Below, piece by piece: positions 39,985 to 52,100 of a stretch of 64,000 nt of DNA (its first letter is position 1; every line of letters starts with the position of its first letter). The stretch is taken from positions 70,680,001-70,744,000 of the forward strand of contig CM060733.1 of assembly GCA_030704615.1 (NCBI GenBank). The letters run 5' to 3'. This DNA comes from Takakia lepidozioides. Its lineage: Eukaryota > Plantae > Bryophyta. A program made the translations under genes and the position numbers. The notes beneath the pieces are model-generated. The model saw only the letters and a program-made list of their open reading frames with translations, did no database searches and was not told the origin of the DNA.

Positions 39985-40625
39985 GGCGAAAGTCGGTAGC
40001 GACTATTTGCCTGTATGATGACAACAACTGAAAGATCAAAATGCAGTCGCTGCCGACTACTTCATTTCTGCGAAAATTTGAACTGTGGGGATTTTTTTTG
40101 AGGGTTGTCGGTACCGACATCTTCAAAATATAATCACATTTCCCGGCAGGACGACTAGATTGCGTCGGTATTTCTGTCTGAATCTGGAAAGTCGGCAACG
40201 ACTATTGGTAAAAACGATGACAATGACTGATGGATTGGAATGTAGTCGCTGTCAACTTCATCATTTTTGCAAAAACTTGCCCCAACAGATTGTTTCGGGG
40301 ACTTTTTTGGTGGTAGTCGGCACCGACCTTCATTTTTCCACGTGTACTGGAAACACTTTGGGATAGAATATTCGTCATTATTTCGCATAGAACGCGGATT
40401 TTTGTCAGGGCGTTGGCTTCATTTGGCGCATTCTCATAATGTAGTCGGCGCCGACTAAAATAATTTTCATATCTTATGCATAAATGTGTGGCATCAAGGG
40501 ACACAAATGTATCCTAGTCGGCACCGACTTGATGGAATTGGACAATTTAGAGGGATTTTTGGTTTTTAAAACTCACATCATCGATGATATTGGAAGTCAT
40601 TTCATTGTATGGTCAGCGCCGACCA
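39985..40625. repeat. Cluster of TAGTCGGNNCCGACTA palindromes (further copies at 42273 and 56600-56800)
   Basis: About 10 degenerate copies, e.g. TAGTCGGCGCCGACTA at about 40442. The motif continues on both sides of the MULE insertion. Confidence 0.7.
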
Positions 40626-41309
40626 AGCATAATTCGAGTTGCATTTGCAAAGAGGTAGAGTATCGCGGGGATAATTCACATCCAATTCCCAGCCTTGCAA
40701 GCAGATGTGAGGCTCCGCAACTCACTTCCTGCAAATCCAATTAGTAAATATGAAAGTGATGGATGAATGTATGTATGACGTGTAGCCCAACGATGAAAGT
40801 AGTATGGACGATGCGATGAAACTAGTATGGATGACGTTCCCTAAACCCTAGCATCGTCCATGTCTCATCTGAAATTGAAATTTGAAAGTAGTATGGATGA
40901 CGTTTCCTAAACCCTAGCATTCATTCATCGTCCATATCTCATCCAAAACTGTAATTTGAAATATTAATGGGCACATACCACGTTGGATGTGGTTGTGGGT
41001 TCAAACCACGGTCTGGTGTGTCATGAAGGTGTGGTGAAGTGACACCATAAGTTACGCTCCTTCGGGAGGCGTCATACTTTAATTTGAAATATAGTACTAG
41101 CCACGTGGCGGGAATGCAGGAAACCACATGCAGCAGGGCACGTGGCGAGGAAGCACGTTCGTAATCCTGTAGGCATTCGTTGCTGCTAACATAGGTGTCC
41201 GTTTTTCATCCCTTTTTGACTTCTCCAGTGTGTTCGGTGATCCGAATTCTCCTTTGCTGTTCCCGACTCTTCAGCTTCTTTTCCATTGTCGAAGCAGCGG
41301 AAAGCCGTT

Positions 41310-42120
41310 TTCATGGTGCACATTGAGGAAGAAGATGACAACTTCGTGCTGCCCACGCAAACACAGAAGGTTCAGCGCAATCGCACGGTCGTCTCCCAAC
41401 AAGACAGCGAGGGTGGTGGAGGTAGACCTCCAAAGAGGACTGGGAAACTTCGAAAGAAATCCATGACTTCACAGGAAGCAGGGATGGTGTCCACAGCGGC
41501 CACCATGTCCGGGGAGCGCGTTCCTATTTCCCCCATTTCAGCAAGCGGTGCCTCACCAGGTCCAGCCACAAGCGCCCAGGGAGGTGGGAGCTCGAGTCTT
41601 GCCAGTATGTTGAAAATGACATGCGCAAGCAAGCCCTGTTGTCATTGACGACAAGTGTAATGAACCACACAATGAGCTCTATTCAGCACTTGCTCAAGAA
41701 TGGGGCTCCTCCATGGATTCCATTATGCAGGATGAAGCCCCTCCCGGCTGTGTGCATGGCTGAGCGCCCTGACATCAACAAGCTCAAGCTGTACTTTGAG
41801 GCAGATAGGTACAACGATGCTCTTGCATCAATGCTGCTTTCTACCAACGCGAGTACCAACGACGACGGTGGACAGAGCTAAGAGATTGAACATGCAGATC
41901 GCGATAAATGGTCTTTACATTGGCAAGCAGCGGATGCAACATTTGAGGAGGACATAAAGAACACAGAGTGGGAATTCCTCTCAAACATTGGTTGCACATC
42001 TACAACGAGAATCACAGGTGGTATGCCTGGATGGAGGTAATCTCCGAGCAGCATCCAGACGATGCGAGCTGGCACTACCGGGTGAATGCAAAAATTATGG
42101 ATGTGAGGAGTTCAGATCCC
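41310..42120 (+). pseudogene. Decayed ParB/Srx-like gene, homolog of the MULE cargo N-terminal domain
   Basis: IPLCRMKPLPAV..DINKLK..W..HW....FE..HIYNENHRWYAW..WHYRV aligns by eye with IPLCRMVSLPIV..DVDKLK..VWDGNHRLLAW..WHYMV at 50130-50480. Confidence 0.75.
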
Positions 42121-43164
42121 GGGCTCATTTGAACGTCGTGCAATGAATTGAATGAATGTGTGAGTTGAAGTTGCATTTCTGCTCACATGAGGTTGGGTTT
42201 TATATCCACATACGAGCGTTGCATTTGTGAAAACTGCATCACAATAGCTTGCAGACCAAGGATAAACAGTCATAGTCGGGACCGACTATGACAGATTTCA
42301 TACAAGGGCAGTGCAGTGTAGGAGATTTACTATTTCATGAGCAGAAACCATGAGCCATGAGCCATGAGCCGCATGAGCCGCATGAGCGGTGAGCCGAAGT
42401 CTAAGATACGCGGATTTCATGAGCGGACTCCTCCAAATTTGGAAATGCGGCAGATTAAACAAGTATTAAAATAATAGTTTTTTATTTGACCTTGCCGTTT
42501 TTGGACGTTCCAGATCATGTAATGCGGCGAAGATATGTCGTCAGTAACAAGTCCGCTCATGGTTTTTTAGATCCGCTCATGGAAATAAGTGACCGTGCAA
42601 CGGGAAATCCAGTATACCACTGCAAAAGGACGTCGCATACTGGCCTGTATAGAGTATTCCGCGGTTTTACATGCCTTAACATTGGAATGAAGCTGACCCT
42701 TTTGCCGCGATTGAACCAATGGAGTCTGCACCAATACAGTCTGCAGTACTTCACAATTCTGTCTTCTTCGGGTATTCGGCGGGAAAGGTTTGCAACTGAA
42801 CTGGGAAATAGGGTGCCGCATTAGGGTTCGCACGTGCGAAATTTCGGAGCGGTTTGGTGTTGGCGAAGGCCGCCTCTGGGGTACCTACGACGATACTTGG
42901 AAATTCGGCGCCGCATTTCCTTGTCGGAGGTCGAATGAGGAAAGCAAGTTTTCGGAAAGCAGAAAAACATGAACCCTCCAACATACAAAAACATGCACAA
43001 CAAGTGAACGATATAGTAATATCTTAGTTCGAGCAAAACAGGTTACTGGTAGGCAAGACATATGTCGGACCTTTCTGTGGCCAGAGTCTGAGGTACTGGC
43101 AGCAGTACAGTTCTACTATCCGAAAAGGATGGGCGTACCATTGTATGTGGACCGCAAGCCAAGC

Positions 43165-46100
43165 TCACTGGTCCCCTGGATCCATATTCAGAAGAGTGTG
43201 AACCTCCTGGGGGCTCAACCCTGGTGCATGTATGAAGTGATGAGTTGTGGAATTACAACGGAGTCTCTTTAGGTACACGTAGTACAAATGCTTGCAAGGG
43301 CAGTATGATGCCCCCTTGTTCGCCATGATCTGGAAGTCGGTGCAATTGCAGGTGGGTAATTCTGAAATGGTGATGGTGTACACCTCATTGCGAACAGCTG
43401 AGCCCGCCGTGGCCATCTGATACACACGCCCGAATCCTGGTGGGGGCACTTCTGTCGAGCTCTGGATTGTACAGTTCATCCGAAGTGCATTCCCCATCCT
43501 TGTCTCGTTCACTTTGAGGGAGGTCGCCGCCTCTTCGGTTTCCCCCAACGGTGTGTAGGATGCTTAGAGCTGTCGTGTCCCATTGTTCTTGCTCTCACAG
43601 GGGTCGGTGGTGGAGGCTGTGGAAGCGGAAATGGTTGTCTGGGGACGTCAGTGCGCTGCACCATCCGAAATCCTGCGGCGGTAAGGGCGTCGGCCTCAAC
43701 CTGACTCAGATCGCAGCCTGGTTCCACCGGCCACACCGGGGGAGCCTCTGGCATTGTTTGTATGCCGTACTTGGGCTTTCCATACACGCAAGTCATAATG
43801 TCGTGCCTGCAGAACCAGAACTGGGTGGTTGTCGCCTCCGCAAACTTTGCATGGACAAATCTTCCTGTAAAAGTAGGAGCAGGGACAGCCCCATCTGGAT
43901 TCCTCCTTATCATCTCTAAACAACGTTGGTGTATCCACACGAATTGCGGAACACCTTCCTCGAAACGACGGCTTTGTGCGAGCAATTCTCCACTGTGAGG
44001 CAGACACAGTCGTCTCCACAATGGCTTGGCCATACTGCATAACAGCGGGCGGAAGGGGCAAGGGAGCGGTGGGAATTTGTTGCACGAAATCCCGGTTGAA
44101 GGCGACGGCGATCTGGAATTTCTTGGGCTTCCACTGCTGGAAGACACATTGTGCGGCAACATGACGGGACCTCGAGGTGCTGTCCGAATGTTCCTGTCGG
44201 ATCTCCAGGAATCCTCTTCGCACCCGGGTTCCTCTTCAATCCTCCGCCTGACAGGGCGAGTCCGGACGTCCCCCTCTAGGTGTTCACCTCTGCGGTGCAG
44301 AGGCGTCCCTTTGATCTTCTCTCGCAATGCTGTCGCCCATTTCACTGGATTCTTGGACCTCGAAGCTGTTCGTACCAACAATTCCTCCCTGTCCGGCCCA
44401 AAGCCCCATTGTTTGCCGCTCAGGAACTTGTAGTACGTGGCTTGCTGCATGATTGCTCTGTCGATGTCCTCCGTTGTGGCCGTCACTACGTCCACCAGAT
44501 GTGCGGCAGAAGACGCTCGCCAGGAGGAGTGGACCGATTCTGCCATATTCGTGTTCGGCATGTCCGTGTCGGAATCCAAGCACCGCTCCTAGAAGGACAC
44601 AAACAATGGTGAGGGACCAATCGAAATGTCCGTACAGAAAGACAAATGAACGAAATTGACAGCAGCCTACCTCCCGCATGTACTGTCCGAACTGTCGATA
44701 CCGAAAATGCCACACCCCCAACCAGCTGTGCAATGCTCCCAGATTGGTTGTCTCCACTGCACCTGACGTGTTCCACCAAGCCTCGATGATAGCAAACTTA
44801 ACCTCCGCGTCATCAAATGTGGGTGCATCCTTCCACGCCGTACAAAGGACACGGTGTTCAGCCTGGAATGAGCTAGCAACAAATTTGGTAGTGTAGTGGG
44901 ATAGACTCTGCATCCAATGGAATCCACAGGATCTCTCTTTCCCCTCCATTGGAACATTGGGGTCCTCACCGTACACACGCCGCACCGCTGCCCAGTTGGC
45001 CTGAGCGTTGTCTGCCATGAATCCCCTGAAATTGGGCTCTGGCAATCCCGCCCTTGCCATCTGCTCGTTTATGCCCTCCCACAGATGCATCTCGGACTGT
45101 GTGTCCTCCCCTTTCATCTCGCAGATTGCAATCGTCATGAGCCTCTTGGAGTGATAGTCATAAACATGCGCACCCATAGTCACCCACTGATGGTTTGTAA
45201 TTCGCTTGATGTGATCAAACATCACCCCAAGCATTCGACAAGTTTCCAGTTGTCATGCGAGTGACCAAGTCGACTCCACTCCCAGGCCCACACGTCGACA
45301 TTTTGAAAATGTAACAACGATCGGATTCGCTGCCTTGCCCTGGAAACCTGCTACCTTGGATGTAGTCATATCCAGTCATTCGTTTCACCTCCAGGATTGA
45401 GTACATGTCCGACCCCCTGCCGAACTCCTGCTTGCAAGATACGATGTGATTCCGCACATTCGGACTACAAACGTGCGAGACGGACTCCAAGAGGTCACGC
45501 ATCTCGTCTTCGGTCAAGGGCTCTCGGTCGGAACCATCTTCAGACATGATTTTGCCAAGAGCAATCTTGTGGGCTGCCTTCAGCTGAATCTGCTTTGGTC
45601 TGGCTCCGGGGCTCAATTTCTCCTCTTTTATGATGTCGTGTGCTTCCTGCACAGCCTCACGCATGTTGCCTCTCGCCAAGGGGTGGCAGTGGACCCCAAC
45701 GTGTATGCAAGCTCTAGTCAAGTCCGGGAGCAAATGGATTACGTAATATTGCTTGGCTCTGCACATGGACATGCACGTCGGTGGTTCTTTGCAATGTGCA
45801 CACTTGAAAGAACCCGCAGGAGCTTGGCTGGAGACAATGAATGGATGATGCGTTGTGCCAGTCCAATCCGTCTCGTTTCTCCCCCTCCTTTGGAGAGAAA
45901 GTGGAAGCAGGTGGGATTGAGGCACCTCAGCTTCCCCGCACAGAGGACATATCGTACACGAACACCATCAGCAATTTTCGTGCTACTGGTCTTCGTCACA
46001 CACCAGGGGTGTCCGTCATGCTTTCGATCCATGTCTGTTAACATCCCGGAGGCTTTGTTTGAAGAAACAGGTGGAAACTCGAAGATGACATTGCCATCGA

Positions 46101-46757
46101 CTTCGGGAGGCAGAAAAGTTACCTTTCTGACTGGGAATTTGGCATAGTCGAGAGCAGCCAGCTCGGAGCGAGAACCATCGAGGTGATGTTGTCGTAGGAG
46201 CTGCACAATGGACCGGGTTGGAGTTATGCTCGAGGGCACATGCGTAGCACCTACAGAGACGTCCATGCCGGATTTGAACGACCGTGTGGAGGACATGGGT
46301 ACCTCAATGCAATCATCTTCCTCGTCGGAAATGTCGAATACGTCCACACGAGAAGCTATGGAGGGTCTTGACGGTCCAGGTCGGGAATGATTATCGTTGC
46401 ATACCTCTCTGTTGGCAGTGGCCGCCTCTCGGTTTCCGGACTCCTTTGTGGATGGTGTGGGCAGCGACTGATTCGGAAAGGGAATGGGCATTCCCACAGC
46501 TCGGTACAGGATGGTGTCTGAGGGGGAACGTGCCATTCGATTCCGCAACCTCCGTCGTTACCTAGCACGACAATGGTCTCGTCAACCTGTCCAGGAACAT
46601 CCTTCCTTTCTTCTTCCAAATAAACTGTGCCCGGTTTGAGCTTGAATTTGGAACAAAGGTAAGTTTCAGTCACTCTGCAAAGTCCTCCCTCGTTTGGGAT
46701 CCAGGCTCTCCCAAGTTGCGGAGGACAGCAAACTATAGCGTAGGAATTCGGAGCCAT
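43165..46757 (-). CDS. MULE transposase: GCM/WRKY-like Zn domain, DDE core and SWIM finger (contains 1-bp indels)
   Basis: Motifs DGHPW..CAGKLRC.NPTC..CAHC..HVGVHCHP, MFDH, FMADNAQAN, CGFHW, TNMAESVH and SWIM CNC..CKH. GT-AG intron at 44589-44670. Confidence 0.85.
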
Positions 46758-47183
46758 CGAACACCGCACGGAGTTGGCAAGTGCGAGGTTCAGTATAGCG
46801 ACAGACCAAGGCTCACAGGCACCATCTAAGTGGATCTGCGGAGTCCATCGACGATTGGAAGTCGCACATTGAAGTGGAAAGTATTGTTTCAAGCTACATG
46901 CATGAAGGTGGGAGGTTTGATTCCATAGCCAGTGAGTAGGACAATGATGGCCGATTCGGCGACGAAATAACATCTCCTGACAGTTTCTCCTGAGGGTGGA
47001 TCCAGCAGTATTCTCGGTGCAGACAGGAACGTTCGCACTGACAAGTGCCAGGACTGCTGGTTAAAACGGTCAGACAACCAAGTTGTGCTCATCAAGACTG
47101 GCCGCAATTGTGTTGTTTCGGAACAATGCAACCCATTGAGGTTCCAGATTTCCCGTCCCGAGTGATTCTTCGATTGCTGGTGG

Positions 47184-48780
47184 ACGGAAATACGGCGCCG
47201 CATTTCCGTATTGCATCTTGGTCATGCACCAGAGCGACGGAAATGCGGCACCGAGTTTCCGTCGGGGGAAACCTTTATACTCTCCAGAACGGAAATGCGG
47301 TAACGCATTTCCATCCAGCAAGCACGGTATGTGAAGGTGGAACGGAAATGCGGTACCGCATTTCCGTTCTGATTGAGATTTATGAACAACGGGAACAGAA
47401 ATGCGGCACCGCATTTCCGTCCGAGTCGCACTTTGACATTCCAGAACGGAAATGCGGCGCCGCATTTCCATTTTGTATCTGATGCATGGAGCTGAGGGAT
47501 AGAAATGCTGCAGCACATTTCCGTCCTTAAAAGACACTCTGAACGGAAATGCGGTACCGCATTTCCGTTCTGATTGAGAATTATGAACAACGGGAACAGA
47601 AATGCGGCACCGCATTTCCGTCAGTCGCACTTTTCGACATTCCATAAAGGAAATGCGGCGCCGCATTTCCATTTGTATCTGATGCCTGGAGCCCGACAGC
47701 TTCATACAGCGCAATTCCGACCGATCCAGAACGGAAATTTTCCGTTCTGACTGAAATCGTGGAACTGAAATGCGGCAATTTCCATCCGAGTCGTCCAGAA
47801 CGGAAATGCGGCACCGCATTTTCCGCGTAAACCCTTCGTGAACCATCGGAACTGAAATGCGGCCGCGAGTCGCACCTACCACATTCCAGAACGGAAATGC
47901 GGTACCGCATTTCCGTTCTGACTGAAAATCGTTGAAATGCATTTCCATCCGAGTCGCACCTCCCAACATTCCAGAACGGAATGTATTAGATTTAAAAGGG
48001 AAATGCGGCACCGCATTTCCGTTCTGATGAAATATCCTGAAACATCGGAATTGAAATGCGGTACCGCATTTCCGTCGGAGTCCCACCATCCGACATTCCA
48101 AAACGGAAATGCGGCACCGCATTTCCGTTTTGTATGTGAGGCATGGAGCTGTGGAACGAAAATGCGGGGCATTTCCGCCAGCGTCAGACGTTAATACTCT
48201 ACAGAACGGAAATGCGGTACCGCATTTCCATTCTGACTGAAAATCGTGCGCAACGGGTACAGAAATGCGGCACCGCATTTCCGTTCGAGTCGCACCTTCC
48301 GACATTCTCGAACGGAAATGCGGCGCCGCATTCCGTTTTGTATATTCGGCCTGGAGCTGTGCTACGGAAATGTGTTGCCGCATTTCCATCCATGTGAGAC
48401 CTTCAAACTTTCCAGACCGGAAATGCGACACCGCATTTCTGTCCAGGTGAGACCTCTATACTTTCCCGAACGGAAATGTGGCACGCATTTCCATTCATCA
48501 ACGGAAATGCGGCGCCGCATTTCCCTTCTGAATCTCATACATGGAGCTGTGGGACGGAAATGCGGCACCGTATTTCCGTTCAACAACTAAGGTATGTGAA
48601 GGTGGAACGGAAATGCGGTGCCGCATTTTCTTCCAACAAGTACGGATGTGTAGCTTCGTGTGGTACTTAACGGAAATGCGGCGCCGCATTCGCATTTCGC
48701 TCCAACTCATCAGACGCTGGGACGGAAATGCCTTGAAATGTGAACACGTGGAGCAACGGAATTGCTGCACATGTCGGCAC
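47184..48780. repeat. Array of about 30 palindromes (AC)GGAAATGCGGNNCCGCATTTCC(GT) with ~53-bp period
   Basis: Copies start at 47186, 47239, 47291, 47344, 47397, 47448, 47501 ... 48208, 48261, 48314, 48366, 48419, 48472, 48503, 48556, 48609, 48672 and 48724. Confidence 0.95.
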
Positions 48781-49122
48781 TCTATCTGACGGGGGGCATG
48801 AGGCGGCGCGGCCTGACCGTTGGATAATGATGTTTGTTTTTCGGACGGCAGGCGTACCCTCAACGATTCGAATTTCGTAATGACGCAAACTCCACGAGGA
48901 GACACTTTCGTCCAACCTTTCGAACCCAAGTGGTGCATCACCGCCGTTTCATCTACTTTTGTCGTGTCTCCTCAGTCCCCCTCTCGCGCCCTTTCCATCT
49001 GCACTCTTTGCCCCTTTTCCCTCTCTCTGTTCTTCTTATGCTCGAACCTGAGGGGGGGAGTTCGTGCACCAGACAGGAGACCTCGTCGCAAGCTCCGGAA
49101 ATTATACTTCGGACGTAGGCCA

Positions 49123-52100
49123 ATGCCGAAGGGGAGGAAGCAGATGCGTCTACAGGAGGAGATTGCCATCTCCGAGCAGCAGGCCACTCAGGCAACCCAG
49201 CCACCAGTGAGAGCTCCATGCGATCGGGCTGCGCGCAGCTGATCGAGCACCGAACCCCCCATTTTGCTTCTGTAATTCTTAGACTGAATGCTAGGAGACT
49301 TGAATGCAGAACATGTTTGCATGCCTAACAGGAAAGGTGGACGTGCTGGAGGGATCGCAGGAATCCGAAGAGCCGCAGGAAGAGTCCGAGGAGCTAGCTG
49401 CAGCACGTACACCCACCCGATCCCCGAGCGCGGGTATTCCTGCCGGGCCTAGCCCTCTGCGATTCAAAGACGCGTCTTCGAAGGGCAAGTTCAAAGTCCC
49501 AGAGATCGACTCGCGTTCTTCGATCATGGAGAATCGCCAGCAGGGGTCGGGCCCTTCTCCAGCAAAGTCGAAGAAGAAGCAGCCCGTCCCTCTACTGGCT
49601 TCTGAACCGGCTCAGGCCGATTCACCCCCCCAACGCGAATGAAGCAGCAGGGTAGAAGACAGATTCTATTGCAGCAGACACCTTCACCTGCAAGGATGAG
49701 GAAGCAGAAGGCAATCAGGGCGACGGGCGAACAATCTCCCGCAAAACCGCTTCCACGAGCTGAAGCTCAGTTCCTGGAGGATTTCCCGCCTGCAGATGTT
49801 GGGGCCGACTCTGCTGCAGCGAAGGCAATGGGATCGACCGTTGATCTCGATTTGGTACCGGAGGAGGGTGCTGCCGCTGAACGTTCGCAGCAAGACCTCA
49901 CCACCGATGAGCTAGCAGGCCCGGAGGAGGCCTCTGCAATGGCAGAATTGCCCGCACACAGGCCCCAGAGTGCAGCTCCAGTTGAGGATGCTCCAGCTGC
50001 TCAGCCACTACCGGCACCTACAGACATGTCTCCGGAGGATTTCAAAAGTGCAGCGGATAAAATGTTGGAGGAGACACACAGTAGCATTGGCAGAGTTCTG
50101 GGCAGCAGGGTATTCCAGCGGACTCTTCGAATCCCACTCTGTCGCATGGTCTCCCTTCCCATCGTCAGGCAGGCCCTTCCCGGAGATGTGGATAAGCTCA
50201 AGTTCGCATTTCGAGAAGGGTACCGTCTGGGATCGGCAGCGTTTTACGTTTCCATGAGAATGAGGACGGCGAAACCGTGGACCCACTGCCGATGAATTGT
50301 CAACGTGGGATACCCACTGGCACACTCGCAACACGAATTCGAGGCGACGCTGAAGGGTGATCCCGACTTCGGCCATATGTCGGGTAAAATGTTCTTTGTG
50401 TGGGACGGAATCACCGACTTCTCGCCTGGTGTACATCAAGCAGAACCATGCCAAGCACATTGGCTGGCATTACATGGTGGAGTGTGTCATCCTCAAGGTG
50501 AAGGCGGCAGACTCCTCCCTGCTCAAGAATGCCATGGCGGACCTCAACTCGTAAGATACTCATACCCTCCCTAGCACGTTCGAAATGCGGTGCCGCATTT
50601 CGGTTTCCATTCTGGTTTGTTTCCGTGCTTCCGTGTACTGAACTGGAGAGTGTGCCTTGCAGGGTCACTGAGAATGCGTACGTGCATACCCACATGGCAC
50701 ATATGCTGTACAGGGTGAGAAAACTGGTCACTGATCCGCAGATGTTTGCGGAAATGCTGGAGCCGAGCTCATTCAGAAAGCCGTTGCAAAAACAGACCGG
50801 ACATGGTATCGTCTCACTATGGATGGAATGGTGGAGGTGATATACGAAGTAAGTCGTGCTCCAATTTCCCTCTGCTCATCCTTCCCCAATTTCCAGTAAT
50901 GTTTCCACATGAATCGAATGTAACGCTTCTGCATGTTTTTGTTGGCAGTCAAACATCAAGCTGGATTTGGCCCATGCCAAACGCTTCTTCATGGAAAGTG
51001 AGGGGCAGGTCAAAACGTTGCAGTCATTGACTGAGCACTTGAAGGAAGCCGGTGTCAAGTCCAGAACCAAATACAAGTCAAAGCTTGTGAAGCTGGTGGC
51101 AATTGCAGATCCGGCACTTGGAAAGGACTTCATCCCCGAGATTGCAAAACACTATTCTCGGGCCATGCAGCCGACCATGCAATTGGAGAAACTGCATCAC
51201 CTCTCAACGGCATGTGTGGAGGCGAAAGAGAAGGTGAGGTTTCAATGCACTGAAGTTCCTTCCTAGCAATAGCCACTCTCTTCCAGCCCTGACATTGGAT
51301 CGGAAATGGCAGACACGGTGGCTGTCGATCTGGAATGCATCCGAGAGCATAAGGACAATGTGGTCTTTTCCACTGGAAGTTTCCGACCCTGCAGTGGATG
51401 TGTGGCTCAACCGTATGACTTGGTGGTTCCAGGTAATTCAAGGTACTTCCCCAGATTTGCTTTCTGACATGAATTCCCTGAACTGCTACGTGACAATGCA
51501 TTTGGGAATCGCAGGTAATGTCGAATGCGAAGGAGCAAGTCGTAATGCACACAAATTCGTTCGGCTTGTACGTCAAATGGGATGGAACACAGACATTGGA
51601 AGACTACGTGACACGTTTCAGATGTGCGTACAAGGACAACCTTTTCGCCAGAGAGCTACAGACAGCAAGAAGGAGCGTGGAGTTTACACATCAGGAGGGA
51701 GCGGGGAAAGCTGCAATGCGAATTGTTTACAGGTGAAGCACAGCTGCCCTTGTATGCGAAGCCTGGTTACGAGGTTTGTCTCGGAAATGCGGCACCGCAT
51801 TCGCATTTTATGTTTTCGGTGGCACTCTGCCAGTAGGTTGGTCTCAACTTTTGCTCACGCATGCTGACTGCCTTGCAGGTATATGAAATACGTGCTCCTT
51901 CAGACAGGGGCCCTGGCTCAAGAGCCCCCGTTCTTCATGGCTTGGACCGTGGCGGGCCCAAGCTGTGTCTACACACCCGAGATGCAGAAACAATGGCATC
52001 CCGCGCATCTCGTTGGATGCCCGTGGTACCTGGACATGTCTGGCGGTATTGTTGACGAGTCTGAGAAAGATCTGCACGCCTTGGCAGAAGAGAAGAGAAA

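Noticed and set aside
40838-40920. Telomere-like CCTAAACCCTAG
   Set aside because: Only two short copies inside a local duplication; not an array.
47070-48431. 453-aa ORF and overlapping ORFs
   Set aside because: These are translations of the palindrome array (EMRRRIS/CGTAFP repeats) and are open in several frames and on both strands.
47184-48780. CRISPR array (palindromic repeat plus ~30-bp spacers)
   Set aside because: Spacers recur as a higher-order tandem unit, repeats are degenerate and dispersed into introns, there are no cas genes, and the context is a eukaryotic transposon.
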